A stretch of 62,743 bases of DNA, filler included, from Candidatus Fermentibacterota bacterium (GTDB taxonomy: Bacteria; JAFGKV01), in NCBI GenBank assembly GCA_016928395.1. It is 5 parts of 5 records of this genome, joined end to end, with 100 filler letters (N's around TTAATTAATTAA, not from the genome) between each part and the next. Parts side by side here need not be neighbours in the genome. Positions count along the whole stretch, not along the records: positions 1 to 21,354 come from JAFGKV010000077.1; positions 21,455 to 38,591 come from JAFGKV010000079.1; 3 more parts are not named here. One strand, 5' to 3'. A program made the position numbers and the translations under genes. Under the pieces are notes generated by a model. The model saw only the letters and a list, made by a program, of their open reading frames with translations. It was not told where the DNA came from and did not search any database. Position 1 is the stretch's first letter. The number at the start of each line of letters is the position of its first letter. Shown here in pieces: positions 19,487-28,235 of the stretch.

Positions 19487-20788
19487 GTGACCGCACGCCC
19501 CAACATAATCCTCATCATCCTGGATGCCTGTCGTCGGGATGCACTGGAGCCCTATGCGCCCGCTCCAACGCGGATCAAAAGCGGCGCTCATACCCCGGTT
19601 CTCATGGGTCTGGCCGAAGAGGGTGTGGTCATAGCCGATTGCCAGAGCACATCGTCGTGCACGGCCATAAGCGTCGCTTCGATTCTGACGGGCCGGGGAC
19701 CGCATCAGCATGGCATCACGACTTTGGTGGGTGGCTCCCTCCTTCAGGGGGTGCCCACTGTGGGAGCCCATCTTCAGGGCGCAGGCTATACCACGGCGTT
19801 CTTCCCGTCCACCGCGGTCCTGAACAGGACCACACAGTTGAATAGGGGATTCCATCACTTCGATGATGGGTTCCTCGAACCTCTTTACCGCGATCTCTCC
19901 CTGGGGCGGATCTTGGATCTGCCTCTCTTTCGCCGTCACTTCTACAAGCCCCCAAAGGATCGGGTCGTTGCCGGTTCGCTTCGATTCTGTGAAGTCACCA
20001 CTGATGCTGCCCTACGATGGATGTCGAAGACACCGGATCCTCTCATGGCCGTTATCCACTATCTGGAACCCCACTACCCCTATTGGCCTCCGGAGGGATG
20101 GCGGGTCTCTGAGGATCCGCTGGACCAGGCCAACTACCACGCATCACTTCGGTATCTCGATGCGGTCTGCCTGGAGCGGATCCTCCATGTCGTGAGGGCA
20201 CGGGGCAGTGACACCTTGCTCCTCATAACCAGCGATCACGGCGAGTATTGGGGCACTCACGGGTTTCGGCCCACGGGAGATCACGGCGACCTTTACCAGG
20301 AGGTTCTGGCAGTGCCGCTGATAGTCTGGGGAACCGGGGCCTCGATGCTTCGTCAGTCGTGGGACGCGCCGTGGTCCCATGTGGACCTGGTGCCGACCAT
20401 CCTGAGACTTTCGGGGGTGCAGTCGCCTCGGGGCGGGGAAGGAGCGGATTGCCCGATGGTGACGCAGATCGTGAGCGAGAATCGCCCGCGTCACTCGTGG
20501 GAGGACGCCGCCTTCAATGATCCCGCGTATGTTGAGGCCATGGGTGGGTTCCGGCGCGGAGGGGTCGCCGTGCGGACGGGATCCCACAAGCTGATTGAAC
20601 GGGCTCCCGGCTTGGGTGGCCCGGAGCTCTACGATCTTGCCTCCGATCCAGAGGAACGTCGCAATCTTGTCGATTTCTCATCCGGACTTCGCCAGGCGCT
20701 TCTCCCCTCCTTGCCCCCGCCCATAGTGTACGAAACCACGCCGCAGCCCGATCTGACCCGTCGTCTCGCTGCCCTCGGGTATTTTTAG
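19487..20788 (+). CDS. sulfatase-like / alkaline phosphatase superfamily hydrolase
   Basis: PNIILIILDACR, ASILTG, HYLEPH.PY, TSDHGE, ELYDLASDPEE; canonical CxPxR replaced by CTAISV. Confidence 0.85.
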   Translation: MTARPNIILIILDACRRDALEPYAPAPTRIKSGAHTPVLMGLAEEGVVIADCQSTSSCTAISVASILTGRGPHQHGITTLVGGSLLQGVPTVGAHLQGAGYTTAFFPSTAVLNRTTQLNRGFHHFDDGFLEPLYRDLSLGRILDLPLFRRHFYKPPKDRVVAGSLRFCEVTTDAALRWMSKTPDPLMAVIHYLEPHYPYWPPEGWRVSEDPLDQANYHASLRYLDAVCLERILHVVRARGSDTLLLITSDHGEYWGTHGFRPTGDHGDLYQEVLAVPLIVWGTGASMLRQSWDAPWSHVDLVPTILRLSGVQSPRGGEGADCPMVTQIVSENRPRHSWEDAAFNDPAYVEAMGGFRRGGVAVRTGSHKLIERAPGLGGPELYDLASDPEERRNLVDFSSGLRQALLPSLPPPIVYETTPQPDLTRRLAALGYF

Positions 20789-21354
20789 GCCCGTGTGGAG
20801 GGGGCGGATTTGGGCTTCTGAACCACCAGGGTCTCTCCCGGGTTCAAGGCCACGATTCGCTCGGGAAGGGGAATCTGGTCGCACAGCTCAGGCAGGAATC
20901 GGCCCGCCGCATGGGCCGCGATCTCCTCAGAAGAGAGGTGAGAGAGTATCCATCGGCCGGGCGAGAGCGCCTGCACGAAACCAGCCCATCCCGAGCCTTG
21001 CCAGGGGCACAGCATGAGCACATCGATCACTCCCAATGCCTGTGCAGACATGGTGCGGGTGTCCTCGTTGTCGCCGTCATGGAACAGCCTGAACCCCCCC
21101 ACTTCCAGCAGGAACGATGAATGCTGCGCCCCATGGGTGGTTCGATAGCTCCTTACCCGGGCGGGCCCCACCTGGATTGGGGGGCCTTCTGGGCCATCAC
21201 CATGGGCCGGCCAGAGCGTCGTTGCCTGCACACCTTTGAGGCGTCGCATCACATCGGGCGGGCCGAGGACTGTGGTGGTCGGCATCAGCGCACGGCGAAC
21301 GGCACGTGGCTCGAAGTGATCCCAATGGCTGTGGGTGATCAACACCAGGTCTAG
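20785..21354 (-). CDS. MBL-fold metallo-hydrolase (5' truncated at contig end)
   Basis: ITHSHWDH, FHDGD, LSH motifs. Confidence 0.8.
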   Translation of the reverse strand, partial: LDLVLITHSHWDHFEPRAVRRALMPTTTVLGPPDVMRRLKGVQATTLWPAHGDGPEGPPIQVGPARVRSYRTTHGAQHSSFLLEVGGFRLFHDGDNEDTRTMSAQALGVIDVLMLCPWQGSGWAGFVQALSPGRWILSHLSSEEIAAHAAGRFLPELCDQIPLPERIVALNPGETLVVQKPKSAPSTRA

Positions 21355-21454
21355 NNNNNNNNNNNNNNNNNNNNNNNNNNNNNNNNNNNNNNNNNNNNTT
21401 AATTAATTAANNNNNNNNNNNNNNNNNNNNNNNNNNNNNNNNNNNNNNNNNNNN
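21355..21454. other. artificial contig linker
   Basis: N-run, TTAATTAATTAA (stops in all six frames), N-run. Confidence 0.99.
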
Positions 21455-21493
21455 CCGCAGAGCTCGGCTGCCGGCAAGAGGGCCTCTAACCCC

Positions 21494-21943
21494 ATGAAAG
21501 TCCAGCTGAGCTGGAGTGACGGCAAAGCCAACCAGTCGTTGACGGCGGTGTACAATCCGGCCAGCTACCGTATCTACGACGCCGGGATGCTGGCGGGCAG
21601 TCACGCCAGGGAGCAGAATCTCAGCTCCGGAAAGCACCATTTGGAGTTCACCCTGTTCTTCGATGCCGCAGGGTACGATCAGCCCGGCGACTTGACAAAG
21701 GATACGGGCAAGGTCGCCGAGCTGATCAAGCCGCTGGACGGCGGCAAGAAGAAGCCGGGCAGGATCCTGCCCGAAGCCAAGCTCGATTTCGGCGCAGCCA
21801 AGCCGCTCAAGGGCCTGTCCACCTCCAAGGCGAAGAGCGCAGGAAAGTGGTACCTGGTGAAGCTCGTCGAACACTACGACAAGTTCGGCGAAGCGGGGGA
21901 GCCTCTCCGCGCCAATCTGGATCTGACCTTCGTGGAGGCCTGA
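21494..21943 (+). CDS. CIS tube-initiator-like protein (Afp7/Pvc7-type tube domain, no LysM)
   Basis: YNPASY, LEFTLFFD, YDKFGEAGEPLRANLDLTFVE pattern; directly upstream of hub gene. Confidence 0.7.
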   Translation: MKVQLSWSDGKANQSLTAVYNPASYRIYDAGMLAGSHAREQNLSSGKHHLEFTLFFDAAGYDQPGDLTKDTGKVAELIKPLDGGKKKPGRILPEAKLDFGAAKPLKGLSTSKAKSAGKWYLVKLVEHYDKFGEAGEPLRANLDLTFVEA

Positions 21944-21961
21944 TATTCCTGCAAGGAGGAC

Positions 21962-23011
21962 GTGTTGGCCAAGCAACTGCAAGTTCCCTCCTTCACAGTG
22001 AAGTTCAGCGGCAAAGAACTCACGGGAGAAGATGCCGAATTGGTTGCCGAGATCATCGTTGCCGACAGGGTTGACACCCCTTCCTTCTTTTCCGTGACCA
22101 TGCAGGATGTCGAGCGCAAGCTGGTCGACGACAAGAGGTTCGCCGAAGGCACGGATGTCGAGATCCAGCTCGGCTTCGACGACAAGACCTCCAAGGTCCT
22201 GAAAGGCGAGGTCACGAGTCTCGTTCCACGATTCAACCGCAAGTCCGGCAGTTTTCTGGAGATCAGGGGCAGCAGCCTGCTGCACCGGCTGACCCGGGCC
22301 AGGAAGACGCGCTCGTTCGTGAACAAGGGCGATGCCGACATCATCAAGGACATCGCCTCGGATTCGAAACTGAAGGGGACCGCAGACAGGTTGGGCAAGC
22401 CCAAGCCTTTCACCATGCAGGTAGACCAGACCGACTACGACTACCTGATGTATCTGGCCCGGATCTACAATTGCCGCGTGTGGACCGACGACAAGAAGCT
22501 GTTCTTCAAGAGCATCAACGTCAAGTCTCGTCCCGCTGTGACGCTCGCCTGGGGGGAGGACGGCCTGCTGGAGTTCACCCCGGTGTTGAACACGGCCAAT
22601 CTGGTCACGGCCGTGGAGGTGCGAGGTTGGGACAACCAGAAGTCCCAGGTGATCGTCGGCACGGCCACGACCTCGAAGGTCAAGGACAAGATCGGCGGCA
22701 GGAAGCTGGGGGCCGACGCGGTCAAGGGGAAGTTCGGAGAAGCCAAGATGGTTCACATCTCCGATACGATCAGGGACAGGAAGACGGCGGAGGACGTGGC
22801 CCTGGACGTCTTGACCCGCAACTCCATGAACTACATTGTGGCGTCGGGCAAGTGTACCGGCAACAACAAGATTCTGGCGGGATCCATCGTCAGGATCGAC
22901 AACGTAGGCAAACGATTCTCAGGGGAGTACTACGTGCGCAGCGTGAGGCACGAGTACCGGAGGTCAAGCGGGTACTTCACCTTATTCGACCTCGAGAGAA
23001 ACTGTACGTAG
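21962..23011 (+). CDS. baseplate hub protein (phage late control D / gp27-like, VgrG N-terminal part)
   Basis: VEIQLGF, RKTRSF, QTDYDYL, VEVRGWD, VGKRFSGEYYVRSVRH. Confidence 0.88.
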   Translation: MLAKQLQVPSFTVKFSGKELTGEDAELVAEIIVADRVDTPSFFSVTMQDVERKLVDDKRFAEGTDVEIQLGFDDKTSKVLKGEVTSLVPRFNRKSGSFLEIRGSSLLHRLTRARKTRSFVNKGDADIIKDIASDSKLKGTADRLGKPKPFTMQVDQTDYDYLMYLARIYNCRVWTDDKKLFFKSINVKSRPAVTLAWGEDGLLEFTPVLNTANLVTAVEVRGWDNQKSQVIVGTATTSKVKDKIGGRKLGADAVKGKFGEAKMVHISDTIRDRKTAEDVALDVLTRNSMNYIVASGKCTGNNKILAGSIVRIDNVGKRFSGEYYVRSVRHEYRRSSGYFTLFDLERNCT

Positions 23012-23026
23012 AGGCAGGTATTACCG

Positions 23027-23677
23027 ATGGGACGTCCGTACGTAGCGGGTCCGCTGTTCGCGACCGTGACCGACATCAAAGACCCGGACAAGCTGGGCAG
23101 AGTCAAGGTCCAGCTGTCCATCATGGGCGAGAAGGTGGTCACGGATTGGATCCCGGTCCTCAGCCTCTACGGCAGCACCAAAGGGGGCGGAGCTTTTTTT
23201 CTTCCAGAGCTCAAGGACCAGGTCGTGGTCGGTTTCTTCGGCGACAGCCCCGACAGCGGTATCGTCCTGGGAGGGGTCTGGAGCGGAGCCCAGAAACCTC
23301 CGGAGACCAAAGAGAACACCGGCTCGGATCTCAACAAGGACGGCAAGAACAACCTCAAGTTCATCCGCAGTCGTTCCGGGCATCAGATCATCCTGGACGA
23401 CAAGAAGGGCGACGCCAAGGTTCAGATACTGGCCGCTGGAGGGAAATCCCGCTATGAGCTGCTGGAGAAGAAGAAGCAGGTCAACATCGAAACCGACGGA
23501 GAGATCAAGATCACGGCCAAGAAAAAGCTTTCGGTCCAGGCGGAGACGGGAGAGTTCAAGCTCAAGAAGAACATGAACGTGAAAGCAGCCGGGTTGAATC
23601 TGGAGAGCAAGAAGGACATCAACGTGAAGTCCAAGGCGGCGGTCATGGTCAAAGGCGCCGTGATCAAGCTCAACTAG
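23027..23677 (+). CDS. spike protein 1 (phage baseplate assembly V / gp5 OB-fold plus beta-helix)
   Basis: DPDKLGRVKV, FFLPELKDQVVVGF, IRSRSGHQIILDD, ends VKGAVIKLN. Confidence 0.9.
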   Translation: MGRPYVAGPLFATVTDIKDPDKLGRVKVQLSIMGEKVVTDWIPVLSLYGSTKGGGAFFLPELKDQVVVGFFGDSPDSGIVLGGVWSGAQKPPETKENTGSDLNKDGKNNLKFIRSRSGHQIILDDKKGDAKVQILAAGGKSRYELLEKKKQVNIETDGEIKITAKKKLSVQAETGEFKLKKNMNVKAAGLNLESKKDINVKSKAAVMVKGAVIKLN

Positions 23678-23688
23678 AGGGACAGGAG

Positions 23689-24243
23689 ATGGGTATCTAC
23701 AGTCTGAAAGGTCTACAGGCGCGTCTGGAGCCTCTCGGCGCAGACAACTGGGTGCTTTGCTCCAGCCTGCTGGAAAGCGAAGATCTGACCAGGGCTTCGC
23801 TGTTGTATCCCATCGACTTCAATCTCACCTTCAGTGCCGACGGCCTCAGGCGGATGGCTCTGGAGCCGGTGGCCGGGCAGACGAGCAGGCTGTATCTCAT
23901 CAGGGACAAGGAAGGGGCGGTCTATGGGATCACAGGGATAACCGACATCGACTGGGTGCAGCGCCGCGGGTTGCTGCTGCTGCTGATGGGAGAATCGGCC
24001 CTCCGGGAGAAACGCTCCTACGAGCCGCTGAAGCTTTTGCTGATCAGGGCGCTGCGTGAATGGGATTTTCGCAGGGTCGTGATCCCGGTCTTCCTGGCGG
24101 AGACTCAGACCGTCACCGTGCTGAAAGGCTTCGGGTTCCAGCAGGAGGGTGTTCTGAGAAAGCATGTGTTCTTCAAGGGAGAGAGCTTCGATGTCGGCGT
24201 CTTTGGGATTCTCAAGAGCGAGTTCCACCATGTCGAGGTGTAG
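23689..24243 (+). CDS. GNAT family acetyltransferase (RimJ/RimL-like)
   Basis: IDWVQRRG, GFGFQQEGVLRKHVF..G...DV..FGILKSEF C-terminal motif. Confidence 0.75.
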   Translation: MGIYSLKGLQARLEPLGADNWVLCSSLLESEDLTRASLLYPIDFNLTFSADGLRRMALEPVAGQTSRLYLIRDKEGAVYGITGITDIDWVQRRGLLLLLMGESALREKRSYEPLKLLLIRALREWDFRRVVIPVFLAETQTVTVLKGFGFQQEGVLRKHVFFKGESFDVGVFGILKSEFHHVEV

Positions 24244-24246
24244 CTC

Positions 24247-25344
24247 GTGCCGCTGCTAGACCACGCGGAAATCGCCCGGGTCAAGTCTCAAACCTACGAC
24301 CCGGCAAACCCAACGTCGATGCTCGGCAAGAGGCCCGAGGCCTGCGTCCGTTTCTACCACGGGACCGTGGAAAACAACAAGGATCCCGAGAAGCTCGGGA
24401 GGGTCAAGGTCCAGTTTCAGCTGTTTGGGGACAAGACCGTTTCGGACTGGGCCCCTCTGGTCAAGCCGTTCTCCGGAAAGACCGTGGGATTCTGGGCCTT
24501 GCCCGAGGTTGGGGAACTGGTCGCGTGCGCCTTCATCAACGACAACCCCTCCTACCCGGTGGTAATGGGCTCCATGTACCATCCCAAGGCCAAGCCCCCG
24601 GTCAAGGACCAGTCAAAGAACAATCAGAAGACGATTCGGACGAGGGAAGGCTCGGAGATTCTCCTGGATGACACCGAAGGCAAGGAGCGGCTCGTGGTCA
24701 GCCTCAAAGCGGGCAAGATGAGGCTGGAGTTGGACAAGAAGAAAGGAATCTCGATCGTCAACGATCTGGGGGACGTCAACATCAAGTGCAAGAAACTCAC
24801 GATCGAAGCCATGGACGCCCAGATGGACACCAAGAAGACGTTGCTGTACTCCGCCGCCGGCGGGATCAGCACGGAGGCAAAGGCGCCGCTGGGGCTGAAG
24901 GCTTCGAAGAACGTCGTCATCAAGGGAAAGAAGGCCGAGCTGAAGGGGGTCGTCCTGGCGCAGGGAAGACCAGCGGCCAAGAAGAACGATATGGTGGTTG
25001 GTGTCGATGTCCACATGGTCGACATCCCCTCGCCGGCGGGACCCATTCCTACCCCGCTGCCGCACCCGTTTCTTGGCAAGATCCAGGACAAGGTGTCGAA
25101 GAATGTGAAGATCAAGGGAAAACCCGTGGCTTTCAAGGGCAGTGTGGCCAAGCACAATCCCCCTGGCCATATCCCGATGGGGCCCAAGTTCACCAAGAAC
25201 CCGAAAAACGAAGGGAAGATCCAGCTCGGAACCGTGCCGGTGGTGAAGGTCAACGGCAAGGAGATCGCCGTCATGGGCAGCATGGTGATGACCTGCAACG
25301 ATCCCACGGATATGCCCACCGGCTCGGTAATCGCAATCCCCTAG
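24247..25344 (+). CDS. spike protein 2 fused to C-terminal PAAR-like tip domain
   Basis: DPEKLGRVKV, LPEVGELV, EILLDD; then PAAKKND..DVH...PTPLPHPF...TCNDP, resembling standalone eCIS PAAR-like proteins. Confidence 0.85.
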   Translation: MPLLDHAEIARVKSQTYDPANPTSMLGKRPEACVRFYHGTVENNKDPEKLGRVKVQFQLFGDKTVSDWAPLVKPFSGKTVGFWALPEVGELVACAFINDNPSYPVVMGSMYHPKAKPPVKDQSKNNQKTIRTREGSEILLDDTEGKERLVVSLKAGKMRLELDKKKGISIVNDLGDVNIKCKKLTIEAMDAQMDTKKTLLYSAAGGISTEAKAPLGLKASKNVVIKGKKAELKGVVLAQGRPAAKKNDMVVGVDVHMVDIPSPAGPIPTPLPHPFLGKIQDKVSKNVKIKGKPVAFKGSVAKHNPPGHIPMGPKFTKNPKNEGKIQLGTVPVVKVNGKEIAVMGSMVMTCNDPTDMPTGSVIAIP

Positions 25345-25377
25345 GGGAAGAACGCGGGACTTCGGTGATGGAGTGAA

Positions 25378-26217
25378 ATGAACGAGAGCGAAACTGCGAA
25401 GATGCCCGATATCTCGGGCTACTCCCTGAGGCGCGCCCTATCCCTGATTCGGAAGATCGGACTGACGCCTGGCCGAATCACCTACGTGGATAGCAAGCTG
25501 CGGCACTATCAGGTCCTCGAGCAGGATGTCCCAGCGGGAAGCCAGGTCCCAAAGGGCCAGGCCGTGAATCTGGTGATCGCCGGCAAGAGCCTCATCCGGG
25601 CGCTGCCGGCGGTCTACCAGAAGGAGGATTCCAGGAGCGGCGAGTTCCTGAAGCGGTACTTGTGGATCGCCTCCTCGGTTCTCAACGGCCTCGAGTCGGA
25701 CATCGATCACCTCCACGAATACTTCGACCCCATGAAGGCTCCCCAGGCCTTCTTCCGGTGGCTCGCATCCTGGTTCGCCGTGAACATCGATTTCGCCATT
25801 CCGGAGGCCAAGCTGAGAATGCTCGTTCGGGAGTCGGTGACCCTGTATCGCTGGCGCGGCACGGCGCTCGGACTGGCCAAGATGCTCGAGATCGTGACGG
25901 GGGTGAGGCCGGAGATCATCGAGGGATCCTTGCCGATTCGGGAGTACACGATCCGTGAGGAGAAGTTCCTGGGCCAACGCACCCTCGACAACGCGATAAT
26001 CGACGAGAAGACCTCGCGCCATCTCTTCACGGTCACGTTTCCCGTGTTCTCCTCCGAGTTCAGCGAGGAAACGATCAAGAAGATCCACCAGGTCATACGC
26101 GAAGAGAAGCCCGCTCATGCCCAGTACTATGTTCTCTTTGTTCCCCCGGCCGACCAGAGGAAGAGCAAGGACCTGTGGATCAAGAAAAATGTCATTGATG
26201 ACCGGATGGTTTTCTAA
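25378..26217 (+). CDS. PASTA domain fused to phage tail protein I-like (baseplate wedge) domain
   Basis: MPDISGYSL..A...GL...VLEQ..PAG..V.KG..VNLVI (PASTA); LPAVYQ, YFDP..AP..F..WLASW, YRWRGT..GL, EKPAH (P2 gpI-like). Confidence 0.85.
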   Translation: MNESETAKMPDISGYSLRRALSLIRKIGLTPGRITYVDSKLRHYQVLEQDVPAGSQVPKGQAVNLVIAGKSLIRALPAVYQKEDSRSGEFLKRYLWIASSVLNGLESDIDHLHEYFDPMKAPQAFFRWLASWFAVNIDFAIPEAKLRMLVRESVTLYRWRGTALGLAKMLEIVTGVRPEIIEGSLPIREYTIREEKFLGQRTLDNAIIDEKTSRHLFTVTFPVFSSEFSEETIKKIHQVIREEKPAHAQYYVLFVPPADQRKSKDLWIKKNVIDDRMVF

Positions 26218-26250
26218 TAGTCTAGTGGTTGCAGGTAGTGAGGTTCGATC

Positions 26251-27765
26251 ATGGCAAGCGAACTGAAGAAATTCAAACGCAGTTACTTTTTTACGGGTCT
26301 GATGGCGACGCCTCAGTTCTGGAACGAAATCCAGGATTATCATCTCGACAAAGAACGACTGTACAACCAGGTTTTCCACGGTCACGGCGTGGTCCCCGGC
26401 GTGATGGAGGAGTTGAGGGTCTCCTCCGTCAAGAAGGGCGGAAACCTCACCATCATCGTCAGCCCCGGCTTCGCAATCGACAGGCAGGGCCGCGGGCTGT
26501 TCCTGCACGAGCCTTGCGCGAAAGTCGTCGACTACAGGAAGTACAAGCTGCCCTGCGACATCTACGTGGCAATCAAGTACAGCGAGGTGCAGGACGAGTT
26601 CTTCCAGAACAAGGAAAACCCCGAGTACCAGGGATACAAGAAACGCCTGGAGACGGCGGTTGTCGAGATCACGGACAAGCAGCCGGAGGACGTCGGGGGC
26701 GACGAACTCGCGCGGATCCATCTAGAAGAGGACAAGAGCGGCGACATCAAGGAGATATCCGAAGCCGAGGATTTCGCCAATCCCAAGGCCAACGAAATCG
26801 ACACACGCTTCGTCGTCTGGACGACTGCCGTGAAGAGGGGCATCTCGCCGTACCTGAGGAAGTATCTGACCGACATCCTGGACGACGCGCGCAACACGGC
26901 CACCATCGCCAACGAGAGCGTCGGGCTGCCCGGCCTGAGAGAGCTGCAGACGGTGGCGCTGACGGCCAAGATGCTGGTGCAGGTGGGCAATGTCGCCTAC
27001 GACGAGATCATCAACATCCTGTACCCCTTCTACGACACCAACGAGCACATCATTCAGGAGATGTACGACTACGAGCGGGAGAAAGAGACGCGGACCTTTT
27101 CCGAGAAGCAGAGCTTCAGTGACTATCGATCCCAGGTCTACGAGCTCGGCGAGCTGATCAAGTACTATGACTTCCGTCTGGAAACGATGGACAAGGTGCT
27201 CAAGTTGCTGGCTCGGATTCTGGACAGCATCAGAAAGATAGTCATCGCGAGGCGGATATCCCTCGAAGACCTCACTTACATCAGCTACGGCCTGCCCCGG
27301 GTTCTGGTGATCGGTGAGGATCGCTACACTCAGGTCGCAGTGCTGGATTTCAACAATTTCGACACCGAGAAGGCATTCAACCTGAACACCGAAGGCGCCC
27401 AGGACTACAGCTCCAGCAAACAGGTGTTCACGTACCCGGACGGCGTGGAGGTGAGCGATACGGTCAGGCGCTATGTCGGCGGCTCGATCTGCTTCGATAT
27501 CCGCAATCTGATCAGAAAGCGGGAACTACTGATGATCCGACGAACGGACATCTTCCACGGAGACTACCAGGTGGCGGTATCGCTCAACGACGCGGAAACG
27601 AAGAACATGGCTATCGACGGCCACGACACCGCCAATCGCTGGCGCAACCTGCACATTCGCTTCGGGGAAGAGCACATTCAGAGCAGCGAGGCGAAAATCA
27701 GGATGAAGATGGAAGAGAACGGAAGGGACAACTTCGGGACCATCTGGTTCTATCAGAAGGTGTGA
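26251..27765 (+). CDS. CIS-associated protein, possible fibre/baseplate adaptor
   Basis: N-terminal RSYFFTG..Q.YH...HGHGVVPG..VSPGFAID..GR motif as in eCIS fibre-attachment domains; beta-rich C-terminus. Confidence 0.6.
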   Translation: MASELKKFKRSYFFTGLMATPQFWNEIQDYHLDKERLYNQVFHGHGVVPGVMEELRVSSVKKGGNLTIIVSPGFAIDRQGRGLFLHEPCAKVVDYRKYKLPCDIYVAIKYSEVQDEFFQNKENPEYQGYKKRLETAVVEITDKQPEDVGGDELARIHLEEDKSGDIKEISEAEDFANPKANEIDTRFVVWTTAVKRGISPYLRKYLTDILDDARNTATIANESVGLPGLRELQTVALTAKMLVQVGNVAYDEIINILYPFYDTNEHIIQEMYDYEREKETRTFSEKQSFSDYRSQVYELGELIKYYDFRLETMDKVLKLLARILDSIRKIVIARRISLEDLTYISYGLPRVLVIGEDRYTQVAVLDFNNFDTEKAFNLNTEGAQDYSSSKQVFTYPDGVEVSDTVRRYVGGSICFDIRNLIRKRELLMIRRTDIFHGDYQVAVSLNDAETKNMAIDGHDTANRWRNLHIRFGEEHIQSSEAKIRMKMEENGRDNFGTIWFYQKV

Positions 27766-27820
27766 CAAACGGCGCTGGACGCACCGCGTGAGGATAGTGT
27801 CCAAACAGTAAGGAGTCGCT

Positions 27821-28225
27821 ATGGCGGTGTTCAAACGGAAGGTCTGCAAAGAAGGGCATCTCATGGACCCTTCGTGGAGGATTTGCCCTGTGTGCCTGGC
27901 TCCCATCTGCGGCTGGCTCGTGGTGATGAACGGGGAGTCCAAGAACAAGGTGTACACGATACACGAGGGAAAGAACAAGATCGGGTCAGGCGTGGAGTGC
28001 GAGCTGAGAATACTGATCCCTGGGGTTCTTCGCCACCACGCGACCTTGAGCTCCGAGAGAGTCGCGAGCGCAGGGAAACAGGTGCTGCACTACAAACTGA
28101 TCAATCAGGCCGCCGCGGAAGCCGAGAGCGTCCAGGTCAACAATGTTCCCGTTCAGACCCAGGAGATCATCGACGGAGACATCATCAAGCTGGGCGATCT
28201 GGGGCTCAAGTTCAAGTGTCTGTGA
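27821..28225 (+). CDS. zinc-ribbon plus FHA-like domain protein
   Basis: CKEGHLMDPSWRICPVC, GWLVV, NKIGSG..C, RHHA, DGDIIKLG. Confidence 0.8.
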   Translation: MAVFKRKVCKEGHLMDPSWRICPVCLAPICGWLVVMNGESKNKVYTIHEGKNKIGSGVECELRILIPGVLRHHATLSSERVASAGKQVLHYKLINQAAAEAESVQVNNVPVQTQEIIDGDIIKLGDLGLKFKCL

Positions 28226-28235
28226 TTCGAGGAGC

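Noticed and set aside
21399-21410. TTAATTAATTAA as a biological repeat
   Set aside because: Artificial six-frame stop linker, identical at all four joins.
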